From Azolla caroliniana (lineage: Eukaryota > Plantae > Polypodiophyta): a stretch of DNA of 64,000 nucleotides. The position numbers were made by a program, and so were the translations under genes. Numbering within the stretch: position 1 is the first letter of the stretch; each line of letters starts with the position of its first letter. The DNA lies in contig JBHGNT010000007.1 in NCBI GenBank assembly GCA_043228905.1, positions 496,001-560,000 of the forward strand. The letters run 5' to 3'. Below, in pieces: positions 62,587 through 64,000 of the stretch. The notes below the pieces were generated by a model. It was given only the letters and a program-made list of their open reading frames with translations, made no database searches and was not told the origin of the DNA.

Positions 62587-64000
62587 ATGGAGGATCTAAC
62601 AACACATGCACCATTTTCCTCCTCCATGGTGAATGAGATCGATCCTAACATGCCATTGCTCTCTGATCTGCTCATCTATCCATCCCCATGGAACCTTCAA
62701 TTAGAACACCCCAGTAATGCCCTCGATGGCCATTACTTAAGCTTTCCTACTGCCACTTTGGAGAGGAAGCATACCATGGAAAACCCTACCACTTTCTACA
62801 GCATTGCATCGCAAGAACATGACTATGGGGAGCTGCTACTGGAGCTTGAAAAATGTGAGGAATTTCCAGACCAGATTAGGCTAGAAAGTAGGAAGCGGGC
62901 CTCGATTATGAGCGAGGACGGCGATGCCAGCTCCGATTATCGAGCAATGAAAATGAGCAGGGGAGCGAAAAGCTCCGGCCTCTCCGATCTCGCTCTCGAG
63001 CACGATACAAGTGCACAAATTGTGGGGCCGATCGATCACCTTTCGAGTGGATTTCTAACATATAACAGCCATCCATACGAAGATCGGGTGTTTAGTATTG
63101 TCAGTAATGCGAATGAAACACCTCTGGATACTCCATCCTCTTGTCATATGCCTCCATTGCCATCCATGGCTCAAGGATTAGGGTTCCATGTCCCCTCTAC
63201 ATCAGGCTCTTATGTGGATATTGCAGCCCGGGTATGCGATCCGACCAACGATCCATGTGTGAATGCCAATTTACCAGAGAAGGACCTAAATTCCTCCGAT
63301 AAAGAAGGCCTACAGCTTCTTTCTCTCCTCTTGCAATGTGCCGAGGCCGTGTCACAAGACGATGTAGGGGTAGCGAATTCGTTAATCCCTCTATTGAACG
63401 AGGTTTCTTCGCCCCACGGGAACCCTATCCAAAGGATAGCTGCTTATTTTACCGAAGGTATGGCCACAAGGATCATCAACACATGTTTGGGTATCTCGGC
63501 TCCCTTCCGCACCGCCCATAGCTTCCAAAATCACGCCATTTCTTCGGCATTCCAGCTTTTCAATGGAGTTTGCCCTTATGTCAAATTCTCACATTTCACT
63601 GCAAATCAAGCTATACTCGAAGCCTTCGAAGGACACCGGAGTGTCCACATCATAGATTGCGATGTAATGCAAGGGCTTCAATGGCCGGCATTGTTTCATA
63701 TCCTCGCATCTCGTCCTGATGGCCCTCCGAATGTTCGAATCACAGGCCTCGGCACATGCCTAGAAGCTTTGGATGCAACCGGCAAGAGGCTCTCGGATTT
63801 CGCCACTACTCTTCGCTTGCCGTTTGAGTTCCACGGAGTGGCGGATAAAGTAGGAAACCTTACATTAGATGCTCTCAAGGTTAGACACGGGGATGCATTA
63901 GCCATACATTGGCTCCAGCATTCGTTGTACGACGTGAGTGGGTCAGATAGCCGGACACTAGAGCTCTTTCGGGAGCTCCGGCCAAACATCGTGACGATAG
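62587..64000 (+). CDS. SCR: GRAS transcription factor, SCARECROW (SCR/SCL23) clade; 3' end outside the window
   Basis: Open from ATG 62587 to the window end (absent from the ORF track because it has no stop). Motifs EGLQLLSLLLQCAEAVS, PIQRIAAYF, AFQLFNGVCPYVKFSHFTANQAILEAF, VHIIDCDVMQGLQWPALFHILASRP, LDATGKRLSDFA, HWLQHSLYDVSGSD. Clade assignment only; orthology not tested. Confidence 0.93.
   Translation, partial: MEDLTTHAPFSSSMVNEIDPNMPLLSDLLIYPSPWNLQLEHPSNALDGHYLSFPTATLERKHTMENPTTFYSIASQEHDYGELLLELEKCEEFPDQIRLESRKRASIMSEDGDASSDYRAMKMSRGAKSSGLSDLALEHDTSAQIVGPIDHLSSGFLTYNSHPYEDRVFSIVSNANETPLDTPSSCHMPPLPSMAQGLGFHVPSTSGSYVDIAARVCDPTNDPCVNANLPEKDLNSSDKEGLQLLSLLLQCAEAVSQDDVGVANSLIPLLNEVSSPHGNPIQRIAAYFTEGMATRIINTCLGISAPFRTAHSFQNHAISSAFQLFNGVCPYVKFSHFTANQAILEAFEGHRSVHIIDCDVMQGLQWPALFHILASRPDGPPNVRITGLGTCLEALDATGKRLSDFATTLRLPFEFHGVADKVGNLTLDALKVRHGDALAIHWLQHSLYDVSGSDSRTLELFRELRPNIVTI

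Overview
Nuclear DNA of a land plant. An intact SSNA1/DIP13 basal-body gene suggests a lineage with flagellated sperm, probably a fern or other seed-free plant (inference). Seven host genes are supported: a 15-exon MLO (-), an 86-aa conserved small protein (+), a GT-gamma-type trihelix transcription factor (-), SSNA1/DIP13 (-), a PUX8/9/13-type UBX protein (-), a P-type PPR protein (+) and a SCARECROW-clade GRAS gene (+, runs off the window). Three exons of a second, convergent MLO paralogue lie at 6.8-7.2 kb. The mobile DNA comprises a decayed tRNA-Trp-primed Ty3/gypsy element, an apparently very recent intact Ty1/copia element (670-bp LTRs, GAACC TSD, strongly CCGG-enriched), a solo LTR with a nested hAT MITE, a second hAT MITE family, four L1-LINE remnants, a decayed copia remnant and many short tandem duplications and microsatellites. 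No rRNA, tRNA or CRISPR was seen. I found no single clear new multi-gene system. The best leads are the CCGG-saturated young copia element, the N-terminally extended SSNA1, the PPR N-terminal repeats, the MLO paralogue and the UBA-less PUX. All exon boundaries were read by eye and are unverified by transcript data.
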